Positions 36,228 to 49,527 of a stretch of 64,000 bases of DNA are shown piece by piece (the stretch's first letter is position 1; each line of letters begins with the position of its first letter). The position numbers and the translations under genes were made by a program. A model generated the notes under the pieces. It was not told the origin of the DNA and ran no database searches. It was given only the letters and a program-made list of their open reading frames with translations. Source of the stretch: Torpedo marmorata (lineage: Eukaryota); assembly GCA_977017645.1 (NCBI GenBank), contig OZ360226.1, positions 165,726,001 through 165,790,000 on the forward strand, in the 5' to 3' direction.

Positions 36228-36520
36228 ATGAAAACCGAGCTACCCTCAGCCCTCTCCCCCATCACTTTTCAGCTTTTTTTCCTCTTCTACCCTCCCACCC
36301 GTATCCACCTATTTCCCGTTTGCCTGTGCTCTCCCTTCCCACCACCCCCCCGCCAAAACCTTTTTATTCAGGTGTCTCAATTTTTTTTCTTATTGCTGAC
36401 GAAGGGCCCAGGCCAGAAATGTTGGTGATCCTTTACTTATGAATGCTGTGTGACCTGCTTAGCTTCTCCACCACATTTGTGCATTGTATTTGATCACAGC
36501 ATCTGCAGACTTCCTTGTTT
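36228..36520 (+). mobile_element. Penelope pseudo-LTR-derived repeat with hammerhead-like motif
   Basis: Similar to 44560-44815; contains CTGACGA-A-GGGCCCAGGCCA-GAAA-TGTT at 36396-36423. Confidence 0.75.
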
Positions 36521-36544
36521 AAAAACATAAATAACTATTTTTAG

Positions 36545-37290
36545 AACCATCGAACATTACAGCACAGAAAACAGGTCCTTTGACCCTTCTAGTCTGTGCC
36601 GAACTATTATTCTGCCTAGTCCCACTGACCTGCACCAAGTCCATAGCCCTCCATACCCCTCACTTCTGCAAACTTGCTGATCCAATTTACCACATTATCA
36701 TCTAGATCATTGATATAGATGACAAACAATGGACCCAGCACTGATCCTTGAGGCACACCACTAGTCACAGGCCTCCAGTCAGAGAGGCAATCATCTACTA
36801 CCAATCTATGGCTTCTCTCATAAAGCCAATGTCGAAACCAGTTTACTAACTCACCATGAATACCGAGCGACTGAACCTTCCTGACTAACCTCCCATGTTG
36901 AAGTAAATCATGAAAATCTGTAGACACCGTGGTTGATGTAAAAACACAATGCTGGAGAAACTCAGCAGGTCAAGCAGTGTCCTTTATATAGCAAAGATAA
37001 AAATACATAAACGACGTTTCGGGCTTGAGCCCTTTATCAAGGTATGGAAAAATGTCGGCAGGCCTCCAAACAAAAGGTCATAATAAAGTCCATGTTGACA
37101 ACATGAACAGCCTTTCCTTCATCAACTTTCCTGGTAACCTCCTCGAAAAACTAAGATTTTTTAAACACTACCTACCACGCACAAAGCCATGTTGACGATC
37201 CCTAATCAGTCCCTGGCTATCCAAATACTTTTAATATCTGATCTCTTAGAACGCCTTCCAATAACTTACCCACTACTGACGTCAGGCTCA
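36545..37290 (-). mobile_element. CR1 LINE fragments with an inserted Penelope pLTR piece (~36905-37078, minus)
   Basis: WRPVTSGVPQGSVLGPLFVIYINDLD RT motif and CR1 tail GMEGYG..AGQWD; the insert contains CCTTGATAAAGGGCTCAAGCCCGAAACGTC on the minus strand. Confidence 0.8.
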
Positions 37291-38189
37291 CTATCTAATT
37301 ATTAGCTTCTATCCCTGGCTAGGAACTCTGATGTAATAGCAAAGATACTGTGGTCAATGAAAAACTGTTCAAACATGTATGCCTGCAAGCCAAAAGCAAG
37401 GTCTTTCCAATTTCCAATATCAAGCAACATGGTTACATGATTAAGGAAACCATTTAAAACAAAGGTACATAGGAATTATTTCACCGAATGATTGGTGTAT
37501 CTCTGAATGCTAGATTATTGGAGGTATTTTAAAAGGAAATAGATAAATATGAAAGGTCAGGAAATTGAGGGCCAAGGAGAATTGGCCAGCAACAGAATCT
37601 TGTTGAATGGCAGGGCAGGCTTAAGGGCTAGATTAAATTGAGAGGAGAAAGATTTAAAAGGGACTCGAAAGGCAACTTTTTTCCCCCGTATCGAAGGTGG
37701 GGAGTATTTGGAACAAGTTTAAAAGACATTTGGAGAGGTACATGGATAGGATAGCTTTAGAGGAATGTGGTCAAAAGGCAAGCAAATAGGACTATCTTAG
37801 GTAAACAACTTGGTTGGATTGGACAAGTTGGGCTAAGGGGCTTGCAAGACTTGACTCTACTCCCAGGAAATACCAGGCATATATATTTGAATTTGAAACC
37901 CAATTAAAAAGGTAAGATAACAGAGTGGAAAAGTTAATTTCACAATAAAATTACACATCTGGATCAGTATCGAACAAAGACCTCCTTCCTTATTCTCTTC
38001 TCATACCCACTCCCTTCTACCAAGCAGACATGCAACTTTAACTGCTTCGAGTTTGAAAATTTCCAGAAAAGGTGCTCACCAACCAATTCATGGATTTCCT
38101 GCTATTCTGCTCACTACTGCCACTTTAATATGTGATTAGTACTTTTTGAATGGAATTTTATTAGTAAAGCAAGTTACATATTGTGGAAG

Positions 38190-41100
38190 AGAGAAAAAAC
38201 AAAAAATGCCAGAAGCACTTGGCAGGTCAGACAGCATCAGTGGGAGAGAAAGAGCCAATGTTTCAGGACACTTTATCATAAGTGGAAAGGTGAAATGTGT
38301 GTTTTAAAAACGCACCTCTTTTGTTTGGGAACGTTGCAGCCCTTGGGAGTTAATATTAAATTTAATTGGGACAGAAAAGAGCTTAGAGTGGGGCAGAGAA
38401 TTAAAGGGATGCCCTCGCAGACTGAGCAAATGTGCTCAGTAAAGTGGTTATTCTATCCCGCAATTTATCCCTCCACTGATGCTACTTGACCATACGAGTA
38501 TTTCAAACATCTGTTATTTTCTGGATTTCCAGCATCTGTAATTTTCTGCGCCAATTACTTAGTCTACAACTTACTGCTACACAACTATGAGAAACGTGCT
38601 TGGAGAAGATCAATTTAAACAATACACAAGACTTTGTTATTTCTGAGATAAATCTGCATTTACATTTTCAATTTAACCATCATTTAGTCAGAGCCCTCTT
38701 TGTCTGTGATGATGGTCATTAATTGTGGAGTCCATTGAGAAACAATTATTGCCTTAAAATGCAGTTTAAATACTACACCAAATGCTCCACTCTTAAACTT
38801 CACTAAAAGCTTTTTAAATGATTGACATTGTTACACTGTAAATTGATAAAAGCCTATTTTCCTGTGATGAAATGTGAACAGGCACAAGTGAGTTTCTTTC
38901 TTGATGCATTAGTGGATCCTTTCGATGATTCAGACAGCTTGACTGACAATGAAGAGTTGCTGAGAGATAATTTAAAAACTAAAATGGCTATTAAATGTAA
39001 ACAAGTGCTTCGGTGCATGTATACACACACACAGACATCTATAAAACATCAGTATTCTCCATCAAGAACAAATCCCTTGTACCCAATGCCATGAAATGAT
39101 TATCACCCACACAAAATGCAGGATGAATTTCTGGGATAATCTACAGTATATGACTGAAGTTACTTGAAATATATGACTACTGATGCATTAATCATATTCA
39201 ATGAAAACAAATAAAAGTTTCTACTACCCTCTCAAGATCTAAACACCTGACATTCCGCAGGTATGGATCGAGCTACTATTGAGGCAGAAAGTCATTCAAG
39301 AACGAAGACAAACTTACAAAGTGATAAGCTGTTCTTCACCTTTATTCCACACACACTTCACAAACTAAAGTAACATATGAAAAGTGATAAATATTTAAGG
39401 TGTAGATGTCACTGGATTAGTTTCCAGGAGTAGTCTCCCATAAGCACTAATGGGTGCTGCACCAAAATCTAGATGGGGATTGCCAATAAATTTGAAAAGT
39501 AGATGACTTAATTTAGCAGAATTCCAACATTCACTATTAACAAAACCTACAGACAGGTGCAAACAGACAGAACAACAGAGAAGCACAAACACTGCAGATG
39601 CTAGAATCTTGAGCAAACAATGAGATGCTGGAGGAAAGTCAACAGCATAGACGAGTAGAAATGGTCTGTCAACATTTCAGGTCAGGACTCCATCAACACT
39701 TGTACCCATTGATGCCGTGTGACCAGCTGAATTCCTCCAGCATCTCATTGTTTGAAACAGACAGATCAGTACACTTTGTACTCATCAACCTGCTATTTCT
39801 CCTTTTCAACAATTTGCCTTGGTGTCTTGAGCACAGAATATGGGTCAAGACTTGGGACTCTGTAGGCATCCACATGGTGGAAAATAAGTTTCTGGATTCT
39901 CAGTCTGGTGGTGGGTTAGCGTAGCAGCTTTGATGTGTGTGATGAAGCTAATTTGTGACTTCTAATTAAAATGTGCAGCTTAGCAATAAATAAAAACAAA
40001 AGGCTGGAAATGGTGACAGGTCACACAGCATCCATGGAAGGAGGAACAGTTAACATTTCAGCTCCGGATCCTGCACATTATTTTTCTGCAGCAGAATGTG
40101 AAGCAGTACATGCAGCATGAATCTCTCTTGCTTTGAGACAAAGTGACCATGTGGCATTTAGAAGTACATTATGCATCTTTGTCTGTTTTGCATTGCTAAA
40201 AGTAAAGAAGGCCAGACTACACTAATAGAGGAAAAAAACAGTGCTGCTGATGACAGACAGAAATGGCACAGGGATGAAGAACATGAATCAGAGCTTCACC
40301 TGGAAAGATTGTTTGGGTCCTGGATTGTGGAAAGGGAAGAGAAGACAGGGAACACCCTGCAGTTGCATAAGAAAGTGCCACAAGATGGGAGAGGTTGGTG
40401 GTGACAGAAGAGCTGACCAGGGAGTCCTGAAAGGACTGAGCCCTTCAAAATGCCAGAAGGGGAGAAAAAGGAAATATACATCTCACGCTGGGATCTTGTT
40501 GGAGCTGGCGAATTTTGCAAAGGAGGATCTGTTGAATATGGAGGCTGGTGGAGTGGAAGGTATGGAACTGGGGTCACTGCTCTCTATCAATGCAATAGGG
40601 GGTGAAAGTGGACACTTGCAAAATAGATGTTGTCTGGGGTTCTGTCCTCTCTGGTAGAGTGGAAACCACTTCAGAGGCACCAATACAAAATGCATCATCA
40701 GTGCAAATGCGATGGAGACAGAGGAACTGGGAAATAGAATGCAATCTTTACAGGAGGGAAGATGTTCGACGGCTGTGGGAATCTGGACTTGCAATGGATG
40801 TCCTCAGAGATGGATCCTGTCGGTGAAGGAAAGGGTCAGAGACAGACCATGTCAGCAGGAATGACAACCTGTCATTTCATTTCTTTACCCACCATTTGGT
40901 AACCGAACAGTTGCTCCAGATGAAGCACTTCTGCCAAGCTGGTGGACCACATTCAGTGTCTTCTCTGTATTGGAGAAACTAAGCACAGCTTGGACTATCA
41001 CTTCATGAAGCACCGACATTCGGTCCACAGCAGTGACCTTCAGTTTCATTCCCCTTGCCACACTGCCCCCTCTGTCTGTGGCCTCCTGCACTATTCTAAC

Positions 41101-41645
41101 AGCCCCATATAAGCTTGAAGAACAACACCTCATCTTCTGTCTGGGCATGTTGCAGCCTTCCAGACTCCATATTAAATTTTCCAACTTAAGTTAACTCACT
41201 GTTTCTTTCAGTCTGCATTAGAAGTAGCCATTTCTACAAGTCACAATTTTGAATCTTGTGATTAAAACAGACAGGCCTTCTGGGCATGTCTCACATCCTT
41301 ACAATAAGCATCACACAAAGCTTTAACTGCCACCAACAGTAAGAAAAAGAGGGTTATGGTGTGAGGTAGTGAAACATTAGATAGCTTTACATTGGTCGAC
41401 ATAACAGTGGGTTGAAGGGCCTGTAATGTTCTTTGTAACTCATTTGGGTACCTACCACTGGAGATGTTCTCTTTGTTCAACGCAAGCCTTCCCCAGCTTC
41501 TATTCCACTGAAAACTAACTTTCCCACCTATTACAAAGGGTTCATGTCCTAAAGCATTAAGTTTCTCATTCCAGAGTTGCTGCCCGACCTGCTGAGTGTT
41601 TGCAGCATTTTCTATTTTTATTTCAGATTTCCAGCATTTGCAGTT
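38190..41645. mobile_element. Cluster of old Penelope-derived fragments (about 38190-38550, 39570-39760, 39990-40080, 40250-41190, 41520-41645) mixed with unique sequence
   Basis: Repeated pLTR motifs (GACCTGCTGAGT..CCAGCA) and GIY-YIG-end remnants (LEEQHLIFCLGMLQP readable on the plus strand at ~41114-41158). Confidence 0.6.
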
Positions 41646-41706
41646 CCATTAGTTTCCAAGTATGCCATTCCCAATGGAATGCTAAAGAAAATACAGATGA
41701 TCTGCA

Positions 41707-44700
41707 GTTAGAAAGGAAAGTCTGCAGACGTTGTGTGTACTTCAATACATGAAGGTGCTGGAGAAACTCGGCACGTCACGCAGCATTCCTTATGCAGCAA
41801 AGATATATAACCAACATTTCGGGCCTGAGCCCTTTGTCAAGGTACGAGCAAAAAGCAGGCAGGCACCGGAATAAAATGGTGGACGGAAGGGCAGGTCTAC
41901 AGGCAAGAAATCAAAGGTGGATATGGGTGGGAGGGCACGAGAAAAAGCTGGAAAGTGATGTGGGGAGGGGATAGCACTCAATGGAGAGGGAAGGGTGTTG
42001 GGAGCTGAAGGGAAGGAGACGGGGAGAGGCCTAATGGGAACTGGAGAAGCTCATGTAATCTGGTTGGATAGTGCCCAGATGGAATATCAGGTGTTATTCC
42101 TCCAATTTGCAGGTGGCCTCTGTTTGGCACTGCTTGAGGCCAAGGACAGACACGTCAGCATGGGAGTGGAGTGGAGAATTGAATTGGTTGGCCACTGGGA
42201 GGTTCCAGTTACTGCAGCGGACAGAGCAAAGGTGCTCAACGAAACAAACTCCCAGTCTGCGTCCAGTCTCTCTGATGCAAGGCCACAATGGGAGCACTGG
42301 ATGCAGTAGATAATCCCTGCAAATTCACAACAGTGGCTTCATTTGGAAGGACTGTTTGGGGCCTGAATGGTTGTGAGGGAGGAGGTGTTGGCGCAAGTTA
42401 ACACTTCCTGCGGTCGCGGGGTAGGTACCAAGGGGGCGATTTGTGGGAAGGGATAAGTGGACGAGTGAGTGGTCTCTGCGGAAGGCGGAGTGGGAAGGAC
42501 AGGGGAAGATGTGTCTGGATCACGTTGTAGGTGGAAATTGCAGAGAAGGATATGCTGGATGCAGAGGCTGGTGGGATGGTAGGTGAGGACAAGGGGAATC
42601 CTGTCCTTGTTGCGTCTAGGAGCAGAGAGGGCCAGGGCAGATGTGCGGGTAATGGAGGAGATACGTGCAAGGGCCGAGTTGATGGTGGTAGAGGGAAAGC
42701 CACATATTTTGAAGGAGGACATCTTAAATGATCTGGAATGGAAGACCTTATTCTGGGAGCAGATACGACAGAGACCAAGGAACTGAGAGAAAGGAGTAGA
42801 ATCCTTACAGGGGACAGGGTGTGAAGAGGTGTAGTCGAGGTAACTGAGTTGGTGGGTTTGTAGAAAATGTCTGTAGAGAGTTTGTCTCCCGAGATGGAGA
42901 CAGAGAGATCGAGAAAGGGGAGAGTGTTGCTGGAGATGGACCGCACGCATTTGAGGTTGGGGTGAAATTTGGCAGCAAAGTAGATAAAGTCGACGAGGTC
43001 ATCATGGGTGCATGAGGCAGCACCAATATAGTTGTCTTTAAAAAAAAAAAAAAAAAAAATTATTTTAATGTAGCAGAGGAAGACTTGAAGAGCCTTGCCT
43101 GTGTAGGCTTGTAGCATGGATTGCTCCACATTGCCAACAAAAGGTCAGGCATAACTGGGACCATGCAGGTACCCATGGCTACCCCTTTGATTTGGAGAAA
43201 GTGGGACGAGTTAAAGGAGAAGTGATTGAAGGTGAGAATAAGTTCTGCAAAGCAGAGGAGGGTAGTGGTGGAGGAGGGAACTGGTTGAATCCGTTGTTGA
43301 GAAAGAAATAAAGGGCTTTGAGACCTTCAGTATGGGGGATGGAGGTGCATAGAGATTGGATGTCTATAGTGAAAATGAGGCAGTCGAGTTGAGGGAATTG
43401 GAAGTTGCTGAAATGATGGAAGGCATGTGAGGTATCGCAGATGTAGGGAGGGAGGGACTGGAGTCGAGGTAAGATGATACCAGTTCGGTGGGGCAGGCAC
43501 ACGCAGAAACAATGGGTCTACCGGGACAATTGGGTTTGTGGATCTTGGGTAGGAGGTAAAACTAGGCAGTGCAGGGTTGGGAAATAATGAGATTGGAGGC
43601 CAAGGGAAGGAGATTACTGGAAGTGATGAGGTCAGAGATGGTGCATGAGACAGTGTCTTGATGTTCATTGGTGGGGTCCTGTTGAAGGGGTAAAGTAAGA
43701 GGAGGTGTCTGAGAAATGTTGCCTGGCCTCAACAAGTTAGAGGTCAGTGCACCAGACCACAACAGCATCAACTCTTGTCTGCAGGTTTGACCATGAGGTG
43801 AGGATTGGTGGAGAGAATGGAGGGCAGAGTGCTCCGAGGGGGGTGAGATTAGAATAAGTGAGGGGAGTGGTGAAGTTGCAAAAGTTGATGTCTCAGCGGC
43901 AGTTGGAAACAAAGATCCAGAGCGGGCAGCTGGCCAAGACGAGGTGTCCAAGAGGAGGAAGAAGGCTTAAGGTGGGAGAAGGGGACTTCAGTCAGGGGTG
44001 GATAATCCTCGTAGAAGAAGTGGGCATGGAGACGGAGATGATGGAAGAAGAGTTCGGCATTGTGACGTGCGTGGAACTCGTTGAGGTGTGGGCGAAGGGG
44101 GATGAAGGTGAGGCCACTACTGAGGACAGCTTTCCATCTCAGAGAGGGAGGTTGGAGGGGATAGTAAAGACCCGACAGAGGTTGAAGGGGGGGTCAGTGG
44201 GATGGAAGTGGAGAGTTCGGGAAGTCAGAGGGGGGTTGGGGCAGATGAGAGGGTCAGAGCACTAGGTGGGTGGGAAGAAAGGGGAGCTCAAAGGAGTAAA
44301 ATGGAGAGTGAGAAGGGAAGAGGTGTGAGGGGATAGGGAAGGATAAGGAGTGGTGGTGGTGGTGAGAGGGGAGAAATGAGGTAGTGGGATACAGCAGGGG
44401 TGGTATCCCAGATTTCAGCCTTGCAGATGATTAGGTAGGTGTGGGAACTGACGAGGCACTCCAACCAGGTGGCATTAACATCAACTTCTCTCGTTTCTGT
44501 TAGGCCCCTCCCCTGTCTCTCTCTCTCTTGCTCTATCCGTTTCCTTTCCTCGAGCTCCTCACCCCCTACCCTGCCATTCAGAGATACCCCCCTTCCCCCC
44601 ATCACTTCCCAGCTTTTTTCTGTTCTGCCCTCCCACCGATATCCACCTCTTGCCTGTGAGCCTGTGCTCCTCCCCCCACCATTTTATTCAGGCACCTGCC

Positions 44701-44819
44701 TGCTTTTTGCTCGTACCTTAACGAAGGGCTCAGGCCCAAAACGTTGGTTAGATATCTTTGCTACATATGGAATGTTGCATTACTTGGTGAGTTTCTCCAG
44801 CACTTTGGTGTATTAAAAA
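41707..44819 (-). mobile_element. Penelope-like retroelement (RT + GIY-YIG), decayed, with inverted pseudo-LTRs
   Basis: Minus strand shows KGVAMGTCMV (RT), a YIDD region broken by a poly-T run (~43040), LPFLDLSVSISGDKLSTDIFYKPT, YLDYTSSHP and GIIYCIQCSHC..IRETGRRLG (GIY-YIG). The pLTR at ~41720-42060 is an inverted repeat of ~44440-44815. A direct repeat ACAGATGATCTGCA flanks it (41693-41706, 44820-44833). Confidence 0.88.
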
Positions 44820-45273
44820 ACAGATGATCTGCAATTGTGTTTACAGTACTTCAACCACCAAAACCATGGTCAGTACAGATATCCAGGATCACACGATTAG
44901 AAAGGTCAAATACAAATATATTAATTTGCAAAGAATATACTTTTACAACTTGAAAGTGAAATTAGGACTAACTGGGTGAAACTAACATTTTGCTTCCATA
45001 ATAAGATATTGATGACTGCCCTTGCAATGAGCAAAACATACATTGCTTATAAAAGCCTGAGATGGCAAGCTATCATATGAGATCGCTCTGTTAACAGAGA
45101 AAACCAATGCACAGCTGTTTTCCCATTTTGTGCCATGTACTAATAGTAAATTGTTCTTTATGACTTGGCACAGGGATGTACATTAATAAGTATTCATCCT
45201 TTAACAGCCACCGCAATAAGTTAAACTGAAAAATTTCACAACAGTTTCACAAGGCCAATCCAAATATTTATTT

Positions 45274-45499
45274 ATTTAGACATACAGCATGGTAACAAGC
45301 CATTTCGGCCCACGAGTCCATGCCACCCAATCACACCCAATTAATCTAGAATGGTGGGAGGAAACCGGAGCCCCCGGGGAAAACCCACGCACAGGGAGAA
45401 CGTACAAACTCCTTACAGACAGCGCGGGATTTGAACCCTGGTCCCGATCTCTGGCGCTGTAAAGGCGTTGTGCTAACCGCTAAGCCAACCGTGCAGCCC
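45274..45499 (-). mobile_element. HE1/V-SINE-like SINE
   Basis: Reverse complement of the SINE family at 31996. Confidence 0.85.
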
Positions 45500-45619
45500 T
45501 AAATATGTGAAACCAAGCATACTAGACCTCCCAACATTACAAGATGTCTTGCACTGGTTAACTTTACTTTTTCTCTTTAACCCTATACACTGCATTTTTG
45601 TTTTATGACATTACCCCTC

Positions 45620-45657
<38 letters not shown>

Positions 45658-47794
45658 TTATTCTTGCACCACTGCTATACTATATGGAGGTCAAGTAGCC
45701 TGCATGCAAAACAAAGTTTTTCACTATGTCTTGGTACATGATTAAAAAAAAACCAATTCAACTGAATTTATCAATTAAATCCTTTTGGCTGCCAATGCAC
45801 TCTGCAGGAATATTGTTCCTGCTGTTGGCATCAGGAACACTAAATGTGGAATTCCTACCAACTCCTCCTGCACCATCAGGAGGAAGAATGCTGTTAGCGA
45901 GAACATTTGTTTCCACCCAAGAAATCTAATTCTTCAGCAATTTGTGTTCATCAGCTGCTCTACCCATAACAGAGGTCCCAGCTGCATGAACACTGTTGGC
46001 TTCATGTAAAATTGCTGCATCGTGGGAAATCTGAATGGTTTAAGAGTATATGGGACCTGTAAACATTCAATTTTGAAATTTAGACTCTTATTCTCCTGCT
46101 GGTTATTGATGGAGTAACAGCTTTTTGAAGTTGCTCTAACTTTCTGTACTGCTTCCAAACTCTATGTCCTTATTCTTATCTTTAAATTTTATCATTTATT
46201 GAGTTTACTGGATTAACAACAGTAATTGTCTTTATTATGGATACAAGAAGTGCTAAAGGTACTACAAGAGAGCAAGAACCTTCTGCGTCTTTGAATACTA
46301 TTATGGAACAGCTTCGATAACAAAAATAAATCTCTGATGAATTTAAACAATTCAGAAAGGAATTCAAAAAGGAGTTTAAACAGATAGAGGCTAAATTGGA
46401 CTCTTTTCAAGAAACCTTGGATGATCATGACAAACGTATCAAAGAAAATGAAAATTTCGAGTGTTTTGGATGGAAAAATGGAGGATATACAAGAGCAATG
46501 TAAAAAGCTTTCAAAGGCTAATGAAGAATTAAAACAGTAGATTGCTAACTTAGAAAACAGAAGTAGAAGAAATAACTTATGAATTCTGGGTTTGAGAGAA
46601 TCTACTGAGACTGGCCAAACCACCAAATTCTTTGCAAATCTTTTGCTAGAAGTGTTTGGTCCTGGAGTTTTGCCGACTCTCCCTATGATAGATCGAGCAC
46701 ACAGATCACTGGTTTTTAAAACAGCTCCTGACCAGAGTCCTCGATCTGTTATTGTCTGTTTTCACGAATTTCAAACTAAGGAGCTTTTGCTACGTGAATC
46801 TCGCCGTAGAGGAACGATCAACTACCAAGGACAGAAGATTCGGATTGTTGAAGATTACTCACCTGAGGTTATGAAGGAGCGTGTTAAATTCAGGAAGATC
46901 ATGTCGGAATTCTACAATCAAGGGGTGAAGCCTACACTGTTCTTTCCAGCGCATCTGAGAATTACTTTGAAGGATAAATCTAAAAATATGTTTGATTCTC
47001 TCGACGAAGCTCAAAAGTTTCTGAATGAAAAATTGCCAGCTATTATCTCTGAGTAACTGTTTCTATAATTTCATTCAGATGAGTCACTTCTTAAATTTGT
47101 TAATTTGTTAAAGGTCTCAATTAATTAATGCTTAAGTGTCTATACATTATGATCTGAGTTTTTCCAATAATAATTTCAACACTATTTTCTTTTAATCAAT
47201 TAGTTTATAATGTTTAGCTTACTGATTCTGTTTTAACCATTTAAATTAATATTTTAATTTCTGTATTTTTAATTTAAAGTTTTTCCTTTGCTCTCAATGG
47301 TTTAAAATGCAGTTTCAGTTCGATGAAAATTTGACCTTGGCATGAATTGTAATAGAAATATTTTGACTAGTTTGGAACACATTTTAGATCTCACTATAAT
47401 ATTGGAGTTCTGCCAGCAGGAATTTTGGGGGATGGGTCAAGTAGTTGGTAGCTTGCCGGCTGTTCTCTGGTCGGCTTTCTCGCTGGGTGGTGGGGGGGGG
47501 GGGGGGGGGGAGGATGTAGTTGAGGTTAACTCTTTCCTGGAAGCTGTTTTGGCCATGAATAAACACATCTGTTTTTGGTTAGTTTATTTTCAACCTTTGT
47601 TAAATCTAACTGAAATTAGTTTTTACTTTGTTAGTTTTTTTTTAAACTTAAAAAAAAAGTATTTAAAATGAGTCAAGCAATTAATATAATTGGTTTTAAC
47701 GTTAATGGTATGAACCACCCTGTAAAACGAAATAAGATTTTTGCTTGTTAAAAAATTTAAGGTTCCAATTATATTTCTACAAGAAACGCATATA

Positions 47795-48466
47795 CAGGTA
47801 GTCCTCGACTTACGACCGTAATTGGGACCGGAGTGGTCGTAAGTCGGATTGGTCGTAAGTCGGATTCATCCTGCCGCGCATATCTGCTACCACCCCCACT
47901 ACAACCACCAACAACATTATTTTCAGTTTAAAGCCTTGCTTCCAGCTCTAGTTGTTGTATTTACTTGGATTCTGGTCCTAGCTAATTCAAGGGAAACCCA
48001 TCCTCATGGAACAGCTCACCCATCCGAGCTCCTGACGCCCCGACCCCCTGCCCATCTGAGCTCCCGACGCACCAGCCACCCGCTCATTGGAGCTCCAGAT
48101 GCCCCGACCGCCCACCCATGCGAGCTCCCAACGCCTCGGCCGCCTGCCCATCTGAGCTCCCGATGCTCCCAACTGCGGATCCTTGCCTGGACCGCCCGTC
48201 CATCCGAGCTCCCGATGCACCAGGCACCCGCTCATCGGAGCTCCAGATGCCCCGACCGCCCACCCACGTGAGCTCCCGACGCCTCGGCCACCCGCCCACC
48301 GGAGCTCCCGACGTCCCCGACCGTGGATCCTTGCCTGGGCCGCCCGCCCATGGGAGCTCCCGACGCCCCGACCGCGGATCCTTGCCTGGGCCTTTTAATA
48401 CAAAAAATTTTGGTGGTATGTGCGGATGGACGTATCTCACGTAGGTCGTAAGTGGAGGACTACCTG
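47795..48466. mobile_element. Tc1/mariner Tigger-like MITE with an internal GC-rich minisatellite
   Basis: TIRs CAGGTAGTCCTCGACTTACGACC / GGTCGTAAGTGGAGGACTACCTG; TA TSD; splits the L1 endonuclease at LQETHI|RKSD; internal GAGCTCC-anchored repeats ~48010-48390. Confidence 0.9.
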
Positions 48467-49527
48467 TACGTAAAAGTGATAACACACGCCTTTTTAGATG
48501 GTGGAACGGGCTGCAGTATCACTCTTCATTCCAGGCTAAATCCAGAGGGGTATCGATCTTTATAGATCATATAATTCCCTTTGTTCAACATGTTGTCTCA
48601 GACACAAATGGTCGTTTTGTTATTGTAACAGGGAAATTATATAATAAATTGGTGGTGTTTGCTAATGTATATGCTCCAAATATGGATGACCCTGGATTTT
48701 TTGAACGTTTTTTTCACTCTTACCTGATTTAAGTCTTTATTCATTAGTGATAGGGGGCGACTTTAATTGCTGGTTAGACCCGGTTTTAGATCGTTCTTCT
48801 CCTAAACTAGCCACTTTGAACAAATCGGCTTTAATCATTCAATCTTTATATAAATTTGGTATTATTGATGTCTGCCTTTTTTTCCATTCAGTAGACAGGG
48901 AATATTCGTTTTTTTTCTTCTGTTCATCGTACATATTCACAGATTGACTATTTTTTTTTTTTTTTGACAGTCAAATGATCCCATTAACTCGTTCTTGTGA
49001 ATACAAAAATATAGTTATTTCTGATCATGCTCCTGTGTTACTATCTTTAAATTTTCCTGGTCTTCCTCAAATAACTAGACATTGGCGTTTCAGTTCATCT
49101 TTGCTATCTGATAAGGAATTTTTAGTTTTTGCAGGAACAAATTACTCTCTTTTTTGAAAAAAACTGTGGAAGAGACTTCAAGTCTTATTGTATGGGACGC
49201 TTTTAAGGCTTTTATTAGGGGACAAATCATTTCTTATACTGCAGGTATTATGAAAAAGGCTAATCAAGAGAAAACTGACTTAGCTAACCAACTGAAACAA
49301 TTAGATCAAAGATATGCTCTGGCTCCAGATCCTGCTCTATATAAGCGGCGTATTGAAATTAAAGCCAAATATGACCTTTTAACATATCCAATTGAAACCC
49401 AACTTTTAAAAGCAAAAAGTCAATTTTATATGCATGGAGATAAAACAGGTAAACTATTGGCTAATCAATTAAAAGCCTTAGCAGCCAAATGTCAAATTAA
49501 AGAAATTTGTAAAGCTAATGGCGATAT

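Noticed and set aside
47849-48485. Pro/Arg-rich ORFs and CRISPR-like periodicity
   Set aside because: Minisatellite inside a MITE in a vertebrate genome; the spacers are mutually similar and there are no cas genes.
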